A stretch of 64,000 bases of DNA. Origin: Camelus ferus. Taxonomy: Eukaryota. The stretch lies in NCBI RefSeq assembly GCF_009834535.1, contig NC_045696.1, positions 41,914,001 through 41,978,000 on the forward strand. Direction: 5' to 3'. The notes below the pieces were generated by a model. The model ran no database searches. It was given only the letters and a program-made list of their open reading frames with translations, and was not told where the DNA came from. Made by a program: the position numbers and the translations under genes. Shown here one piece after another: positions 13,772-27,764 of the stretch (position 1 is the first letter of the stretch; every line of letters starts with the position of its first letter).

Positions 13772-14079
13772 TGTATTAGTATCCTGTGGTTGCTAGAACA
13801 AATTACCACAGATCTGTTGGCTTAAAGCATCGGAAATGTGTTCTTTTGCAGTTTTGGAGGCTGAAAGTCTGAAACCAGTATCACTGGGCTGAAATCAAGG
13901 TATTTGTGCTCCCTTCGGAGGCTCAGGGGCAGAACATGTTTCTTACTCTTCTGGTTTCCACCCAGATAAACCCTTTTGAATTCCTAACCCATAGAAATGG
14001 TGAGATCATTAATGTTTCTTGTTTTAAACTGCTGTGTTTTAGGAATAATATGTGAACATAGCAATAGATAATTAATGCA
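13772..14079. mobile_element. Two MLT1 LTR 3' fragments in opposite orientation
   Basis: Left part tgtattagt...acaaattaccaca...gttttggaggctgaaagtctgaaa (-); right part tgagatcattaatgtttcttgttttaa...gcaatagataattaatgca (+). Confidence 0.65.
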
Positions 14080-14333
14080 GGAGGTAAGGAAATTGTGAAG
14101 ATGGAGACTTAGTGAATAGTGGTATTTGTCAAAAGAGGACTGATAGGAGGAAGGAGCGTGTTTGTGAGGGAAAAGGTCAGTTTGGGAAAGACCAGGTCAG
14201 CGTACCCATCAGATGTTATGGTGGAGCTGTGTGGTGGGAAGATAAACAAGTTCAGAGGAGTGTTTGGAATAGGATATATTAGGAGTAATGGACCTATAGG
14301 TGATAGTAGAATATGGGGGATAACATCACCTAG

Positions 14334-14738
14334 TGTCACAGGCTGTCTTCTCTGGGAGCGCTTATTGAGACTGAGTTTAAAATAAAAGAAAGTTATTAGG
14401 GGTCAGGTCCTATGAAAGGAAGATGGAGGAAGCAGTATTAGGCAGAAGGTAAAGACATTACTGGCCCAATTAAACTTCTGTCAACCCTGCCATGAGCTCT
14501 GGAACAATCATTGCCTGTTAGAGTATCCCTTTATGAGTCAAATAATCAATTCTCTTTATACCCCCACCTTGCTTAGTCAGCAGATGTGGGTTGCCCCAGA
14601 GAGTTTATGAGGTGGTTCTCAGCAGCTGAGCCAGACCCTACTGACGGCTGGAGAATGCTGCTGACTACCATGTCCACTGCTGGGCCGCAAGCCCTTGCTT
14701 GTAGAGGGATCTGGAGAGTGCATCCTTGTATCTACCAC
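14334..14738 (-). mobile_element. ERVL LTR (LTR16-like)
   Basis: tctctgggag...gagactgagttta and ggatctggagagtgcatc..tatctaccac resemble LTR16-type ends. Confidence 0.5.
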
Positions 14739-15410
14739 CCCTGGAAAGAGTGGCTAGAGAGAGTTGCAGAAAGGAATTGGGAAATACCTACATTTAAGGG
14801 ATAGGGAAATGGAGAAAGAATCTACTGAAAGAGACTGAGGAGATGAGGTCAAAGGAAATAGATAGCCCTGACAGTCATCCCACAGAAGCCTAGGACAAGT
14901 TTTGACAGCATTAAAAGTCAGAAACAGTCAAAGACAACAGGAATGTGCAAACACGAATACACAGTTTGGAACGACTTAGGTACCAATCTTAGTGTTTCCT
15001 TCCAATAGCATTCTCTTCTCAGGTGTGGGAGGGGTCCTGCCTTTTTAGTATCTACAACCACAGTTCTCAGCAGGCCAGTCAATCCCAAGACTCTCAGGCG
15101 TTGGCTTCCAGGAGGGCTTTGAAAGGAAGGCCTAGTAACTAGATTAGAAAATAACTAGGTGTAAAAATTACTCAGTAACCACTTACGAACCTTTCCTTAA
15201 AATTATGAAGCATTATTAAATTTAAAAATTTTAAAACATTATTTTAAAAAAATCTAAATCTAATCAAGCCCTCATACCTACCTATCAATTATGTGAAATA
15301 TAGGGGACAGAGGAACATGTGAAATGACTCCATAGGATTACAGTTGGCATCTACAGGATGACTTAACTTCTTCAACATCATGTAAATTGAAAGAAGAGAG
15401 AGAGAGAGAG

Positions 15411-16097
15411 ACTGGACGAGCTACATAAAGAATTTGCCAGGCCCAGTGTAAAATGAAAGTATGGAGTCCCTTTGTCAAAGAGCAGGAAAGGATGTCCTTA
15501 AAGGTACTAAAATTTATTTATTTCCTTTCTTCTGTAAGCTGTCTCTTGACCTTTCATCATATTTTTTCATTTGGTACTTAACATCATGCTCCCTCAAGGC
15601 AATGACTTTGCTGGGCGGGTGCAGCCCCTCACAGGTACCCAGGGGCCTGCCTTGTGACTTGACAGTGTGTTTGAACATGCCAGGCCCACCAGCTCTATGG
15701 TCCCCCTCCTTAGAGGCTCTGGGCCAATATACTGTGCCCCAGCAGGGCTGGAAAACATCTCTTTCCACTGTCCTTCTGGGTAGGTATCAAACCACTTGCA
15801 TAATGCATGATAGTGCTGCTAGCTTTGGAGAGAGCAGAGGAAGAGGGGAAGGACTGGGTCAGGGGAATGTCGAGCCAGCAGCCCTCTGGAATGCATCCCT
15901 AGAAAGAGAGGAGGCTGCAGAGCTGAGGCTCCACGCCCCGGGCACAAGCTCTATTGTCCCATTGTACTTCACCTAAAAAACACAAAGTCAAAGATAAAAT
16001 TATTAAGATGTTCAAGGCTGTGACTGCAGAGCATTAAACTCCCGAACAAGGGACGCTGTGCTGCTGCACTGACTGTGCAACTTGAAGCTGGCTTGGC
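15411..16097. mobile_element. MER45-family hAT-Tip100 non-autonomous element
   Basis: agctacataa..atttgccaggcccagtgtaaaatgaaa at the left and tgcactgactgtgcaacttgaagctggc at the right resemble MER45 ends; flanked by old L1-like sequence. Confidence 0.6.
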
Positions 16098-16599
16098 CTG
16101 CAGATTAGAAAAATTTTTAAGCCTCCTCAACCAATTGCAGTATGTGGATTTTAATTCAGGCCTGATTTAACCAACCAAGTTACAAGGACCATAGGGTAAT
16201 TTGAATACTGACTGGATGTTTGAAGATGGACTGTTAATCCTTTATGTATTATAATTGTACTGTGATTGTGTTTAATGAAGAGTTCTTAAATTTAGAGATA
16301 CATACTAAATATTTACAGATGATATAGCAGGATGGCTGGGATTTGCCTTAAAATAATCTGAGGGAGGGACTAGTGGGTAAGGGCATGGATGAAAAAATGG
16401 TTGACCAGGAGTGGATAATAGTTGAAGCTGTGTGTTGGGTAGGAGAGTTCATCACAACAGTCTGTATTGTTACGTAGTCTTTGAATTACTTCTCCATGAT
16501 AAGAAGTTTCAAACAGTTACAAAGCGTTTTGGATTGAAAGATTAAAGTCCCACACGTCAATCCTGAAAAATAGGAGGAATAAGCACAACCTGTAGTATT

Positions 16600-17330
16600 T
16601 TGTAATAAAAAAAGGTTTTAAAGAAAAAAAAACTATACAAGAATGTTTATAGCAGCGTTATTCATAATAATACAGAAAACACTCTAGGTGCCCCATCAAA
16701 GGTGAGTATATAGGCAAACTATAATATGTGTTTATACAATGGACTACTACTCAGAAATAAAATGGAGTAAACTATTGATTTATACATCAATATGAGTCCC
16801 CGAAACATTATGCTAAGTGAAAGAAGCCTTATCCCCAAAAAGTGCATACTGTATGATTCTGTATGTATCAAGTTCTATGCCATACAATGGTGGAAAAAAA
16901 TTCAGAACAGTAGCTGCTTCTAGGTGGGAGAGGAAGGACTGAAATGGGAAAGGGTATAAGAACTTTCCGTGTTAAGGGTAATGTTCCATATCTTTATGGG
17001 TTTGGGGTTAATTAAACACAGTCAGTCAAAACTCAGTGAATGTTCACTTAAGATTTGAGTATTTAATTGTATGTAAATTTTACTTTAAAAGAAAAGAAAC
17101 TAAATAAATACTGAATACTAGTTAAATACTTGTTGAGGTATATAGGGGGTGGTCTACTGACACAGCAAAAGACCAGATGGCTGGAGGAGGGATAGATGGA
17201 TACATATGTGATAAAATAAGTATATCAAATGTTGATAAGAGAATCAAAGTGGGTTTATGAGTGTTCCCTGTAAAGTTCTTTCAAATTTTCTGCATGTTTG
17301 GTAATAGTGCATAATAAAATTTTGGATAAA
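16600..17330 (+). mobile_element. Old L1 (L1ME/MD-like) 3' region
   Basis: aagaatgtttatagcagc, tacaatggactactactcag, aacattatgctaagtgaaagaagcc, catactgtatgattc. Confidence 0.75.
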
Positions 17331-17546
17331 TAAAGGGAGCCATCTTCTGGAAGAAACTGGTATTACTGATTGGCTCAAAAAGGCAAGAGGAACGAAGTAT
17401 GGCGCTTATAAAATTCTGAATGTAGTAACTGCTTATTACTGTTCACACTGTTGGTTCTCACTCATGTGCCCAGCTGTCTTCTTTGGCTGGAAATCTTCCT
17501 CCAGTTTACTGGCTAAGTTCCTACTTAGATTTTATTTCCTCTAGAA

Positions 17547-19803
17547 CAGAGGTTTGCAAATAGTGTTTTAGGCTTTGTGGGCTAAGAGGAAATAGAGAAT
17601 ATTTATATAGGTATTTATATAACAAGAGAGAAAACCAATTTCTATAATATATTCATTGATGAAATTTAAAATGTAATCATAATATTGAGTATGTTTTTGT
17701 AAAACAGATCTACTAAAGAGAAAAATGAAATTCTTTTTTGAGGAGGTCCCATTTCTCTTAGGGTTCAAAATTGTTCCTGATCATCAAGATCAACTGCAAA
17801 TGTTTATCTGTTCATCCTGATCTATAATGAGATTGTACAACTTTCATCTTTAAAAAATGTCTTTGCACCCTGACAAATACTGCCTGCAATCCAAGCACAT
17901 ATGGTTTAAATTGAGCATATTAATGTCTTGGATGGCAGTTATAGAAATATTAGACTATTCTCCTGATATTTTCCTTTTAGCATGTCAGATTAATTATTTC
18001 CAACTGAAAATTAAGTGAAAGCTCCTCAATTGCACAGTCAAGTTGGTCTTGAAATAGGGAAATTTCCTTTGCATTTGCATTAAGGTCTCTACAACACTGT
18101 TAACACTAGTATGAACTCGAAAAATATAGCCACTGTAAATTTATATGAAATTTGACAGCTTCCTTTTTGTTTTAACTTGCGAGAAAAATCATGTTAGTGA
18201 TTATCAAAATGACTTTACCACAGAATAAGTTTTGTGTGTGAGCGCTGCATCATCATTAAGTCGAGTTCATGAAGAAGCATCATCACATGATCAAAATTAG
18301 CAAGCAATAAATGAGTCCTAAAGCCATTCAGTCAGTGTTGCATAATAGTGGTTAAGGGAAGTTCTCATTTGGAAAAATTTCAGTCTTGGCCCCAAGGTAA
18401 AAAATAAATAAATAAAATGATACCACTAATAAGTCAACAAATACTATGTGGTAGGGCAAGTCAGGATATTCAGCTGCTATTTCTGACAAAAATTCTTGGG
18501 CTGACAATGGTAAACCGACGAGAACAAATAAGTTTATCACTGACACTACTGGCTCAACACATGGTAGATTCAAATGTTTTCCACAAAAAACCTGCTGATT
18601 AATAATACAATGATGTTATAACCATAGGCTTTACACCTTACATTTTCACCAGTGTTGTAAATCTGTCAAACTAAATCTTTTTCTACTTTCTTAAGTAACA
18701 GATTCTACTTAGATGTACTGAATTAGTGTTTTCACTTCTTTAAAAATATTCTCACCTGTTTCATGCAGCCTATTCATAGAGGCTAATTCTTCAGTCACTT
18801 CAAATGTTGACTCCTTGAATAAATAGGAACAAAGGAGCAGTTTCAGTAACACCTGTCGTATTAAGAGCCAAGGAAAACAGTTCAAAATAATTTGCCTCCA
18901 CTAAATAATTTAAATTAACTATTGATATTGTTCCCAGTGTGCACAGCACTTTAAGCAGCTGTTCTCACCTAAGGCTAATGATCTTAAACAAGTTTATTTT
19001 TTCTAGATACATTTCTTCACCTGCTGCAATCAAACATTATTTGCTTACCATACCTTAAGTAAATAACTTTCCTTGCTTGGCTAACAAATGAGCCCCTTGG
19101 AAATTACTTTGGTTGCAGCTTAGTTTTATTTCTTTTTCTCTCTCTCTCTCTTTTGTGAAGAAATTGCACTATGATGAGATATTCTATTTACAGTTTCTAA
19201 CTTTTCTGTTTTCTGTGATTTGAAAATATTGTGAAGACTGCTTAGTCTAGTCATGTTGACATGTATTGTTTTAGTAGAGATACAGGTTCATTGCATAATA
19301 AACATAATGCTTTGTCATCTAATTTGTTAACAAAATAATCCACAGTTCACAATACCTTAAAGATGGAATTTTTTATGCCTACATTTTTCCTTTTTTGTTT
19401 GACATGATAGGTATATGCTGGTAATAAAAAAAATAATAAAATGTCACAGTATGCCGATATACATGGCACTTGAAATGCTTTCAAGTAAAAATATGTTACT
19501 GTGATTTGTAGTGTGCAACAGCAGTATGAAGTGCTACACGTGGTCTCAGTCATGAGGACTCTTGTAGTGTAAAGGCCGCCATAGACAATAGGTGAATAAA
19601 TAAGTATGGCTGTATTCCAATGAAGTTGTATTTGTGGACACTGAAATTTGAATTTCATATAATTTTATGTGTCATGAAATATTATTATTATTTTGAAATT
19701 CTTTCCAGTTGCTTAAAATGTAAAGACCACAATTAGCTGTAAACTGAACAAAGGCAGGCAGCAGGCTGGAATCAGCCCACAGGCTATAGTTTGCCAACCC
19801 CTG
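17547..19803 (-). mobile_element. Charlie1-like hAT DNA transposon with decayed transposase
   Basis: TIRs CAGAGGTTTGCAAA...TTTGCCAACCCCTG; left flank CTCTAGAA fits the Charlie target preference, right flank CAAGAGAA; ORF 18352-18573 gives EFLSEIAAEYPDLPYH, Charlie transposase-like. Confidence 0.85.
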
Positions 19804-20063
19804 CAAGAGAATTATCTGTGTAAAGTAGGCTTTTGAATTTATTATTTCATTTGAGGACATGGAGAGGAATTGGTATTTTAGTTTAAAGAGGTTGTTTTTC
19901 ATATTCCTTCTGTATTATAGACTTTGTGTTGTAGCTAAGTGTGAAAATCGTAGTGATTTCAAAGTTTTGAAAGTGCTAGTATTTTTTTTAAACCACGTCC
20001 CCACAAATTGGAATAGCATTTAAGTCCTGCATGGATCCAAGGAGCACTTTTTATTTTTTAAAT

Positions 20064-20185
20064 TCTTTTTTTAGAGGGATAATTTGGTTTACTTATTTAT
20101 TTTTTGGAGGAGGTACTGGGGATTGAACCCAGGACCTTGTGCGTGCTAAACATGCACTCTATCACTTGAGCTATACCTTCCCCCC
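20064..20185 (-). mobile_element. Vic-1-type SINE
   Basis: ggaggtactggggattgaacccaggacc...cacttgagctataccttcccccc with T-rich tail on the left. Confidence 0.85.
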
Positions 20186-22419
20186 AAAAGTAGTAGTTTT
20201 GAAACTTTAAAACTTCAAAGTTATCAGTATATTAATTTCTTTCAAATACAAATACTCATCCTAATTAGAAAATCTCCTTTGTTTGTCAAGATAAATTGCA
20301 CTACCCACAAATGTTGTTCCAGTTTCCTGTCTACCTAGTCTCTTGACTTCATGTTATCTAAACTTGTACATAATACTCTGAAACTGCTCTGTAAAAGGTT
20401 ACCATCCACTATTACAAGTCTCCTTCCTGCCACTACTCTACTTTTCAGTTCATCCTTGTTATATGAGCAGTTTAACCTTTCTAAAACAAGTTGCATTCTG
20501 TCAGTCCCTCAGTCAAATACCAAATGAAAACTAGTGGGAAGTAGTGTGAGACCAGATTATGGTGGCCCTTAAAGTTGAATTTCAAGAGAGAAGTTTTTGA
20601 GGAGGGGATTAATGTGATAAAAGGTATTGTTTCACTTAGGTCATGCCAGTAGCAGTGGGCAGATGAATTAGAGATGGGGAAGATAAGTCAGGGGGATCAG
20701 ATGTTGCAGAGATCTAGTGTGCTGATAAGAGGGAAACTCTTGTGGGACCTGTGCCTGCCAAAAAATGCTACCTTGTTAAGAAGTTCGTGGTGTTGGTCAG
20801 CTGAATTCTCCAAACTGATTGGAGTGTGCAGGGTTTAACATATATACAAAATGAAGCAATTCATTAAAATGTAGCAATTTGATTTAGATACAAAAGCTAT
20901 ATCTGAAGAACAAAAGTTTCCCTGGTGATTTTAAAGGGTTGCTGGTTCACTTGGGCATAGGGGACTGTGCTTAGGAATTGTGGCCACTCTTTAAGAACAG
21001 TGACCATACTCAGTTAACCCCATGGAATAAATCCTTCGGCCCTTTCCTCAAGATCCCAGGTCAGATGAACCTGACAAAGCTCTGGTTCTGCTATTGCTGT
21101 AAACTTGTAGGAACCTGTAGTTCTCAAGTAACCTCTGGGCCTCCAGGATCTCCCTCCCAAGTCTGTAAAACTGGAGGGAATTTTCTGCCTTCCTGAGCTA
21201 GAGACTCTCCTCAATCCTCACCAGCTATTCCAGGGAACAAAGGTTAGTAGGAGGCAATATTCAGGCTTGCTTTGTTTTTATACCTACATAGCAAGACTGT
21301 GCTTTTTAGGTAAGAGGTCTCTTGGTTAGAAGAAAAAATTCCTAGTGTTAATTCCTTTCAGAACTAGGAAATCTGTCTTCAGACTGAAACAGTGGGGAAC
21401 AGAGTTTAAAAAAAAAAAAAAAAAAGAGTTAAGGCAGGTGTAGCCATTGAGACAGGAGGAGAACCCAGGACGGGGAGAATGCACACACCATCAATTGCCT
21501 TGAAAATACAGAAGCGTGAGTTACCGCATTTTCCCAAACAGAAATTATCAGAGATTTTTTTTTTTATATCAGAGATTTTGAACACTGCTGTTTCAGAAAG
21601 AGAAAAATTCAGAATACAGATTGCAAGAGGGGATGGAGGAGTGGGTAGTAGAAATTGAAAGCTCCTTTTCTACATTCTGTGGTGCTATCAGGTTATTTTT
21701 TCACTTCCTGTGAAAGCAGCTGCATTACCACCTGCCTCCACCTGCAGCCTGTGCTGATACCTTTTCATCTACTTCTGAACTGGTTAGAGTCTACCCATTT
21801 TTTAAGCCTTAGCTCCGTTTCACTTCCTCCTTCGAGTCTTCTCTGAAGATTATAGTTTCCATTCCCTGAAATCTTACTGAGTTGGTAGCTACAGTCGCGC
21901 TAGTTAGCATGTAATAGTTATAGCAAAGTGTAATCCTACTCCCCTCCAGCTAGGCAGTGTAATTTTTGAATTTGGAGAGTGTATTGTGAACTTCTTTTGT
22001 AAGCTTCCTTGAAAAATTCTAGGTTTATCCTTATTAAATACACCTCCATATCTAAAGTTCTGTTAAATAGTCAAGAACAACCACTTTAAAATACTGTATA
22101 AAAAGCTCCTATTCCAGCAGGCTTTAACTAAGTTTTCAAATAAAATGTATCCATTTTGACTATGTCAACAAGATCGCCTATAGCAGAGTTGAACACTTTG
22201 CGCTTACGCAGAATTTTCAAAAGAAGGGGCAGCCCCCGTTGCTGGAAGTCTCAAGCAATGAGTTCTTAAATTTGGTCTGCACTGAGTAGAGACCTTATAA
22301 TCAGCCCGTTGATAAGAGTGTCAAATTTCCAAAACACCTAGAAAAGGGAGTGAAGTGATCATCTAACAATACAGTTTGCTCGTCTGCCAATGAGAGGGTT
22401 GACCAAGGTTTCTCCTAAA

Positions 22420-23420
22420 CTCACTGCGGCTCAGATTCTAACCAGGGTTTTGCATCTTTGGGCGTAGGCAGCCGATTGGGCCGTTTGGGAGCCGTGCACC
22501 CTGGGAGCTGTAGTTTCTGGGTCCCTCCTCCCGCCTACAAGCTCCACAGAGCAGCCGGAGGACGGTTGCTTGGTATTGTTAGTAAGCGGGAAGTATGGCG
22601 GCGGCGCGCGGCGGCGCGGCTTTGCCTCCTGGAGAAGGTAAGGCGATCCCTACCCCTGGGCCCCAGGGTTTACTCTATGGAACTGAATTAAATAATTTCC
22701 TGGTGGAGAGAAGACAACTGGGTTTAGGGTGCAGTTCTGGACCAGTCCTTTGGATGAGGGGCTGTGGGCGTGCGGAGGCGCGCTGCCCTCTGGGAGTTGT
22801 AGTCCCAGGGCGCTGCCCGGCTCTCCGGCGTCGCGGCGAGAACCGAGCGGGGGGACTACAAGCCCCCAGGGACCTTTGCGCCACCTGGCGTCCCGCTCCC
22901 GCGCTCCTGAGGTTGCTTGGGCGGTGGGTTTCGGGCTGCGGTGACCTTTCTTGGACGTTTACTTTGAGTTCTGGGTGCCCAAGTGAAGACTGCAAGATCT
23001 ACCCCATCCCTTGGATTCCTAGAACGTTCAGGAAAACCCTCTCTCAAACACCTCTCCTTAGATTGACGTTGACCCCTTCTTGGAAGTGTCCGGTGGCGGT
23101 GATAAAATCCAGGGGTGATCCAGAGCCCACAGTTCTCTCTCGTTCTGCAGACGGGGTCCTGGGATCTGGTTTGGTTGCTGCCTAGCAGAGCGTGGGGTGT
23201 GGATGCTTCTGTGGCCGGGAGCCGAGTTCCTTTGTTTTGGTTACCGCTCGGAGGCTCTGGGTCGAGGGAGGGCGGAGGGTCGAGGCCTGTCTCCACGGCT
23301 TAGAGCAGGCTCATTACCAGGGGGCCGTAACTTCTTGGGAGGGAGGTTCCGAGAGGTTTCTCTACCCTTTGGAATTGCGCGCAGCGGCTGTGCATTTTCC
23401 TGGGACGGTGTATATCTTTG
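22420..23420 (+). promoter_or_regulatory. CEP97: CEP97 CpG-island promoter
   Basis: CpG-rich; ATTGG 22475-22479; ACTACAnnTCCCA-like motifs at 22502-22514, 22791-22803 and 22855-22868. Confidence 0.8.
22595..22637 (+). CDS. CEP97: CEP97 exon 1 (43 nt)
   Basis: agtATGG start; MAAARGGAALPPGE-G; donor G|GTAAGG. Confidence 0.92.
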
Positions 23421-23634
23421 ACTAAATTCTCAGAATCCCGTGACCCCCAAATGCTAAAAGCCCTAAGACAGTGGGAAAATGTTGAAACCCTTCAGGAGAG
23501 AAATTTCGCGTAATTTTTTCCCGCAGTAATCTTAATCTGGGTATAAATTTGAAATTGTTAGCTTCTCTGGCTCCTCCCCACTCTGATGTCTGCTTCTCTT
23601 AAACTCCACCTTCCCAGCCCAAGAAAATTTACTA

Positions 23635-23850
23635 ATAATAGCAGTTAACATTTATAGAGCGCTTTTTACATGAGCCAGACTATGAGTGCTCTTTTTTTAA
23701 TCTAATTTTTTTTTTTTTCTCTAGAACAACATTGTAAGGCAGGTGTTACCATCATGATCTTACACAGTAGAAAAAAGTGAGCCCAAAAGAGATCAGTAAC
23801 TTGCCCAACCACAGTAGTTAATTGGTGGAGCCCGGATTTGAAGATAACAT
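23635..23850 (-). mobile_element. MIR SINE
   Basis: aataatagcagttaacatttatagagcgc...agtaacttgcccaa...ggagcccggatttgaa. Confidence 0.65.
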
Positions 23851-24375
23851 ATTCTGAATTACTTCATCCAATGCTGTGTGCCAGAAATGGGCTTAGTGCT
23901 GTTCGTGTGCTTTTTCTTTTCATCCCCACATCAATTTAATGAATTAAAGATATTATTCCCATTTTGTAGATAAATTAACTATAATTTGATTTTCAAAATA
24001 GTTTGGGCACTTTACTGTAGTTAGGTTGTGAGCAGATTGGTCTCTATCAAAAGATTAATTCCATTTAAAAAATACTATCACTACTTAGGCACACAATGTG
24101 GAAGTAATAGTTGATATTGGAATATGAAGAATTCCAGAGTATTATATCATAGGAACTTGAGTAGTATATCACAAATCTAGGTATAATTTGATATTTCTGA
24201 GGGAAAGTGAATAATTTCAATCTATGGTCATTTATAAATCCAATGCTTTAGTTTTAAAATCTTAATATTTATTATGCTCTAGTGTTTTCTAACTCTAAAT
24301 TTATAGAGTATAATTTTACCCCAATGCTCAGCTGTTGTATTTGTGTTTTCTAACAGTTTCCCTTCTCTTTTCAAG

Positions 24376-24518
24376 GATCAGTGCTCAATTGGTCAGGGCA
24401 GGGGCTACAGAAATTAAGTCCAAACTTACCCTGTGAAGTTGATGTTCATACTTTGATTCTGGATAAAAATCAGATTATTAAATTGGAAAATCTTGAGAAA
24501 TGCAAACAATTAATACAG
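24376..24518 (+). CDS. CEP97: CEP97 exon 2 (143 nt), LRR region
   Basis: [47 protein letters not shown]; aag/gtagg borders. Confidence 0.95.
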
Positions 24519-25154
24519 GTAGGTATTGCTATGTGAGGGAAATAGTTATATAAGACCAGTTCATTATTATTATACAAAATAAAACAGTAAAATAACTTAA
24601 CAAAAAGTACCTCTGCAAGCCTGGAGAGCAGTAAATGTTGCCTTAAGTTTTAAAAAAAATTTTAATAACTAAAATAAATTTATTTAATAAATAAATAACT
24701 TAATAAATAAGTTTTAAATTTTAATTTTTACATGACATGATTATTAAATGATGATGTTTAAATTTCTCCTGAAGATGAACACATAATGTACTGCATTTAG
24801 AGTAGACTAGAAAAAGAAGCATTTGTTTAAAAAGACAATATTTTATGTTGGCAAAATATTATGTTGTTAAGATGATCTTGTATTTCATAATGGGGCTGAA
24901 GAGTTCATTCATTCATTCATTAAAGAAATGTTTATTGGGCCCTTATGTGTGTGGCATTGTTCTAGATTTTGATGGAGACAGTATGAGGACTCCTTTATTG
25001 TCGAACTTACACTCTCAAGTAGTTGCTGTGTTAAAAATGTTTTCTTTTAGTAGCTGGAGGAGGTCTGCTCCACTTTATCTGTATTTTCCATTACTTAGGA
25101 ACAACAACAACAAACTAATAGTTACAGTATAGGATATTTAGACAATATGTGTGA

Positions 25155-25520
<366 letters not shown>

Positions 25521-25924
25521 TGAAAAAGAAATTGAAGCAGTATAGAATGAGTAGAATACAAAAGTGAAAGTACCCACTGCCACTCCCCAGAGATAATTTC
25601 AGTTAACATAAACTAAGAAAAAAACCTCATTTTGAAACACATAAGGCAGTAAAATATTCTTTTAAATGTGAACAAAGAATCTATGTTATACTTAGGAAAG
25701 TAGATCAAACAGTAGAGTGAAATGTTAGGAGGAGACTTTATTACGCTGAATTAAGCTTTATGTACATGTTTCATGGTACAGTGGAGAATGTACTGTTTTA
25801 AAAGTCAGGAGATCTGAATTCTAGTCTCGCTTACACCACTGAGTAGATCTATAATTTTGGCTAAGTTAATAAATGTCTCTATCATTTTTTGATATGCTAT
25901 ATAAGGAGACTGTATTAAATGATA

Positions 25925-26180
25925 CTAATAGCTGACTTTTATTGAGCATGTAATTTATGCTAAGTACTATTCTAAGCACCTTAACTGTTTTAACTCATTC
26001 AGTCTCATGACAACCTATAAGGTAGGTACAGCCATTATGCTTATTACCTAGATGAGGAAACTGAAGTACACAAAAGTTAAGTAACTTGCCTAAAGTCACA
26101 CAGCCAGGAAGTTGCAAAGCCAGGATTTGAATCCAGGTAGTTTGGTTGCAATGTTAACTTGTAAGCTCTATGCTATACCC
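25925..26180 (-). mobile_element. MIR SINE
   Basis: gatgaggaaactgaagtacacaaaagttaagtaacttgcctaaagtcacacagc...ggatttgaatccagg. Confidence 0.85.
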
Positions 26181-26437
26181 CCTGTTATGTGTCATCACCA
26201 AAGTTTTTTCAAGCTGTAAATATCTAGATGATATAATCCTCTGCTCTTAGAGGGATAACGAAGGTGGAAACATGCCTTATAACAATATACCAAATTCTCT
26301 TGGCACTGCTTCTTTCTTGCTGCTCTGCTTCTCATACTAAGCAGAGGAGACAGGAGGCTCAGCTACAAGGAACTGGGGAAGAATTTCACTTTTTGATTTT
26401 GTGTGCGTGAAATAATGTGGTCCTTTTCTTGTGATAG

Positions 26438-26539
26438 GCCATGGAACAAATCAATAGCTGCACGGCTCTACAGCACCTGGATTTATCAGACAATAACATA
26501 CCCCAGATAGGTGATCTATCTAAATTGGTATCACTAAAG
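26438..26539 (+). CDS. CEP97: CEP97 exon 4 (102 nt), LRR
   Basis: [34 protein letters not shown]; tag/gtaaa. Confidence 0.95.
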
Positions 26540-27764
26540 GTAAATGTGTTTTCTGACTATGTCATTTGTGAAATATTATACTAAAATACCAAGAGAAAAT
26601 GATCTTATTGGTCTGCTGTATATGAAGAACAGATTGTGTTCATTATGATAAAAATTCTATTTGAGTGGCAGCAATTAAGTATGGAACTTTTTGTTGTTAA
26701 TATCTGTAACTGATTTATTTTAACTAAAACTGGTCATTGTAGTTAATTCTTACTTACCAGTCAGTGAACATTATGAAATTCCCTTCATGCCCAGTCAGCG
26801 AGTGTTAGCAACTGTAATTATAGAGTATATAACATGTTGGTGATGTTGAGAGTAATAATTCCTGATCTTGAGTTTGTTTTTTGACACTGAAGATTACTGT
26901 CTTTTTAGTACTGCATATTACTAAATAATAAAAATTAACCTCACTTTGATTTTAAAAATCTGTGGCATATAGCACTTTTTATGGAGGGGAATATATCATG
27001 CAATCAAATAAGTAACAGTTGGAATCACTTCAAAAAGCATATGAAGGCTTTTTCCATATTTTTGCCCCACTGGATATTATTAGCATCAGATGAATTCATT
27101 AAGCCTTAGAAACAGTATTATTAGCTCAACTTTCACCACATCTTTAGCAGAGATCGTTTTTAGCAACAATTATTCTAAGCAATTTGATGTAGCCAGATAC
27201 TAGGAGAATTCAAATGAACTAAAGTTCAATACCAAGCACTCACTCTACCCTCCCCACTTTGCTGACTTAATTTGAGTCAGCTTCATCTCCAAGCACATTC
27301 TGCCTTCCTCAAGCTTTAAGTTACCAAGAGAATACAGTTGCAAATTATGGTTTGTGGCTTCTTCCTCTCTCTCTCTTTTGGAAAATATGCTTTATACCTG
27401 ATTGTTTTAATAAATGTTTTCTTTCACTTTTATCACCCTCTATTTTGGTGTTTGGAAAGGAAATGAACAGGTGTGTTGCAAATTGCTCAAGTTTATCACA
27501 ACATGCCTGTGGCTACACCAAACGTATGTTCTTGGACAAAGCTTTAAACTTTCTTGAACTTAGAATGTGGATATGAAAAGAGAGAGTTGGACCAGAAGAC
27601 CACCTAGAACCCTTCTAGCATTAACAGTCTTTGATTTGTGTGCGACTGAGAAGTATAATAAAATATATCACTTTATTTTCGTACACACCATTTGGGTTTT
27701 GTCAAAATAGACCAATTTGTTTGTAATCTTTTCGTTTGTAATTCATTCTGTTTTTACTTTCAAG

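Noticed and set aside
15461..15976. 171-aa ATG-initiated ORF
   Set aside because: Lies inside the MER45-like element and resembles no protein I recognise.
22595..23185. 196-aa ORF from the CEP97 ATG
   Set aside because: Read-through of exon 1 into GC-rich intron 1 past a strong donor at 22638.
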